A stretch of DNA of 64,000 nucleotides, from the NCBI GenBank assembly GCA_910585705.1, contig CAJUER010000001.1:55342-119341 (forward strand), in the 5' to 3' direction. Source of the DNA: an uncultured Christensenella sp. (GTDB taxonomy: Bacteria; Bacillota; Clostridia; Christensenellales; Borkfalkiaceae). A model generated the notes under the pieces. It saw nothing but the letters and a program-made list of their open reading frames with translations, made no database searches and was not told where the DNA came from. A program made the translations under genes and the position numbers. Below, piece by piece: positions 62,947 through 64,000 of the stretch. Numbering within the stretch: position 1 is the stretch's first letter; every line of letters begins with the position of its first letter.

Positions 62947-63213
62947 ATGGCAACAGACAGGTCTATTAAAGACAAGCGTTATGAAGAAAAGCATAAGGAA
63001 GAGAGAAAAGCCAAGTATATGATTTGGGGTACGAGCGTACCGCGAAAGTATGCCGAAGAAATAAACGAGTTTTTGGCGAAGTACGGGTTTACCAAAGTGC
63101 AACTCATCGAAGCGGGGTTTAAGGCTTTGATTGACGAAGCGGCTGAAACGGATACTTCTCTTGCCAAGACTATGGACGGCTACGACGATTTCTTTGTATT
63201 GGAGAAAAAGTAA
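62947..63213 (+). CDS. hypothetical 88-aa charged protein, possibly a small DNA-binding (RHH-like) protein
   Basis: Good RBS and promoter. Basic N-terminus (KDKRYEEKHKEERKAK), then a beta-strand-like MIWGTSVP and two short helices. The fold guess is weak. Confidence 0.5.
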   Translation: MATDRSIKDKRYEEKHKEERKAKYMIWGTSVPRKYAEEINEFLAKYGFTKVQLIEAGFKALIDEAAETDTSLAKTMDGYDDFFVLEKK

Positions 63214-63313
63214 CTCTTCTTCCTTATGGATGGTAGCGAGGAAAAATAACCGGATATCTCGACGTCCACATAGGACTTAAATTATTTTCAGCAAAAACTT
63301 TTTATCCGTAGAT

Positions 63314-63478
63314 TTGGCTACGTGTATTACTCAGCAAACAGACTATGAAATAACACAAGAACAGATAGAAACAAGCGCAACAATATTAGCAAACATACTA
63401 CTCGACTTTGTAAAACAAAACGGTACTTCTATCTTATTCCCCGAAAGAGTATTCGGCAAAGGAGAACACAATGAATAA
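63314..63478 (+). CDS. possible 54-aa ORF (TTG start) translationally coupled to the recombinase gene
   Basis: Open frame from 63281. Its stop TAA 63476-63478 overlaps the recombinase ATG at 63471 (ATGAATAA). No ATG, weak start context. May be a gene remnant. Confidence 0.2.
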   Translation: MATCITQQTDYEITQEQIETSATILANILLDFVKQNGTSILFPERVFGKGEHNE

Positions 63479-64000
63479 ACGAGCGGTTATATATGCAAGA
63501 TTCAGCTCGCACACGCAAACGGAACAATCTATCGAAGGTCAGCTTCGGGAATGCTATGACTATGCCAAACGACACGACTTACTTATTGTCGGAGAGTACA
63601 TAGACCGCGCATTCACGGGTACAACTGACAAGCGTCCGAACTTCTTGCAAATGATAGAAGACAGCAAGAAAAAGACTTTCGATTATGTCCTTGTCTATCA
63701 ATTAGACCGATTTGCTCGTAACCGCTATGACAGCGCGAACTACAAAGCGAAGTTGAAAAAGAATGGCGTTCGTGTTCTTTCGGCAAAGGAAAACATTACC
63801 GAAGATGCGAGTGGCATTCTCATAGAAGGCGTTCTCGAAAGTATGGCGGAATATTATAGTGCCGAGCTTTCGCAAAAGGTACGGCGCGGTATTAGAGAAA
63901 GTTTGAGCAAAGGCTACTTCATTGGTGGATACAAGTTATTCGGCTATGACATCATAGACAAGCGTTGGATTATAAACCCGATTGAAGCCCCGATAGTCAA
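63471..64000 (+). CDS. large serine recombinase, N-terminal resolvase domain (runs off the right edge)
   Basis: AVIYARFSSHTQTEQSIEGQ catalytic-Ser block, VYQLDRFARN, AEYYSAELSQKVRRG. GGAGAACACA RBS. Confidence 0.9.
   Translation, partial: MNKRAVIYARFSSHTQTEQSIEGQLRECYDYAKRHDLLIVGEYIDRAFTGTTDKRPNFLQMIEDSKKKTFDYVLVYQLDRFARNRYDSANYKAKLKKNGVRVLSAKENITEDASGILIEGVLESMAEYYSAELSQKVRRGIRESLSKGYFIGGYKLFGYDIIDKRWIINPIEAPIV

Noticed and set aside
62677-63102. 141-aa minus-strand ORF from the track
   Set aside because: It is antisense to the well-signalled 88-aa gene and runs through the repeat array, where the repeats generate pseudo-repetitive peptide. It has no RBS and a low-complexity composition.
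62391-63213. Type III toxin-antitoxin (ToxI-like repeat RNA followed by a toxin gene)
   Set aside because: Antitoxin repeats in those systems are short and almost identical, and are separated from the toxin gene by a terminator. Here the units are long and divergent and are followed by a strong promoter. The downstream 88-aa protein does not resemble a ToxN/AbiEii-type endoribonuclease.

Overview
This 64-kb chromosomal segment looks like a Clostridia-type Firmicute. That is inferred from gene content only ([FeFe]-hydrogenase, DegV, Lsa-like ABC-F, LplABC-type sugar ABC systems, GH32 locus). All family calls come from reading motifs by eye; no database search was run.

Nt 1 to about 52.2 kb is a housekeeping and metabolic backbone:
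- transketolase and a phosphohexomutase, proS, a NitT/TauT-type ABC importer, valS
- an MBL/ComEC-like hydrolase, an [FeFe]-hydrogenase, a TrxB-like reductase
- a prmA-rsmE-mtaB-PrsW-HIT cluster and a WYL regulator facing two micro-ORFs
- alpha-phosphoglucomutase, rdgB/yfcE/trmL, a Na/Pi symporter
- an ARE-type ABC-F gene behind a terminator-containing leader
- a roughly 15.6-kb LacI-linked fructan/sucrose utilisation locus (three GH32 enzymes, LplABC-type transporter, fructokinase, MsmK-like ATPase)

From about 52.2 kb the DNA is visibly AT-richer. At 52987/52988 a 3-prime remnant of an alpha/beta-hydrolase gene stops abruptly and an accessory island begins. The island carries DegV, a small membrane protein, a five-gene minus-strand operon, two non-coding repeat structures, a small putative DNA-binding protein and a large serine recombinase that runs off the right edge.

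The most interesting object is that operon. A complete Type III mod-res pair is followed, with 3-27-nt gaps and no terminators, by three uncharacterised genes:
- a 115-aa orphan
- a TcmP-like methyltransferase-fold protein
- an SPL/three-Cys radical-SAM-like protein with a CX3CX3C motif

I do not recognise this combination as a described system. Directly upstream lie a nested inverted-repeat structure and a seven-unit degenerate bipartite tandem array that is neither CRISPR nor coding. I recognised no rRNA gene, tRNA gene or CRISPR array.
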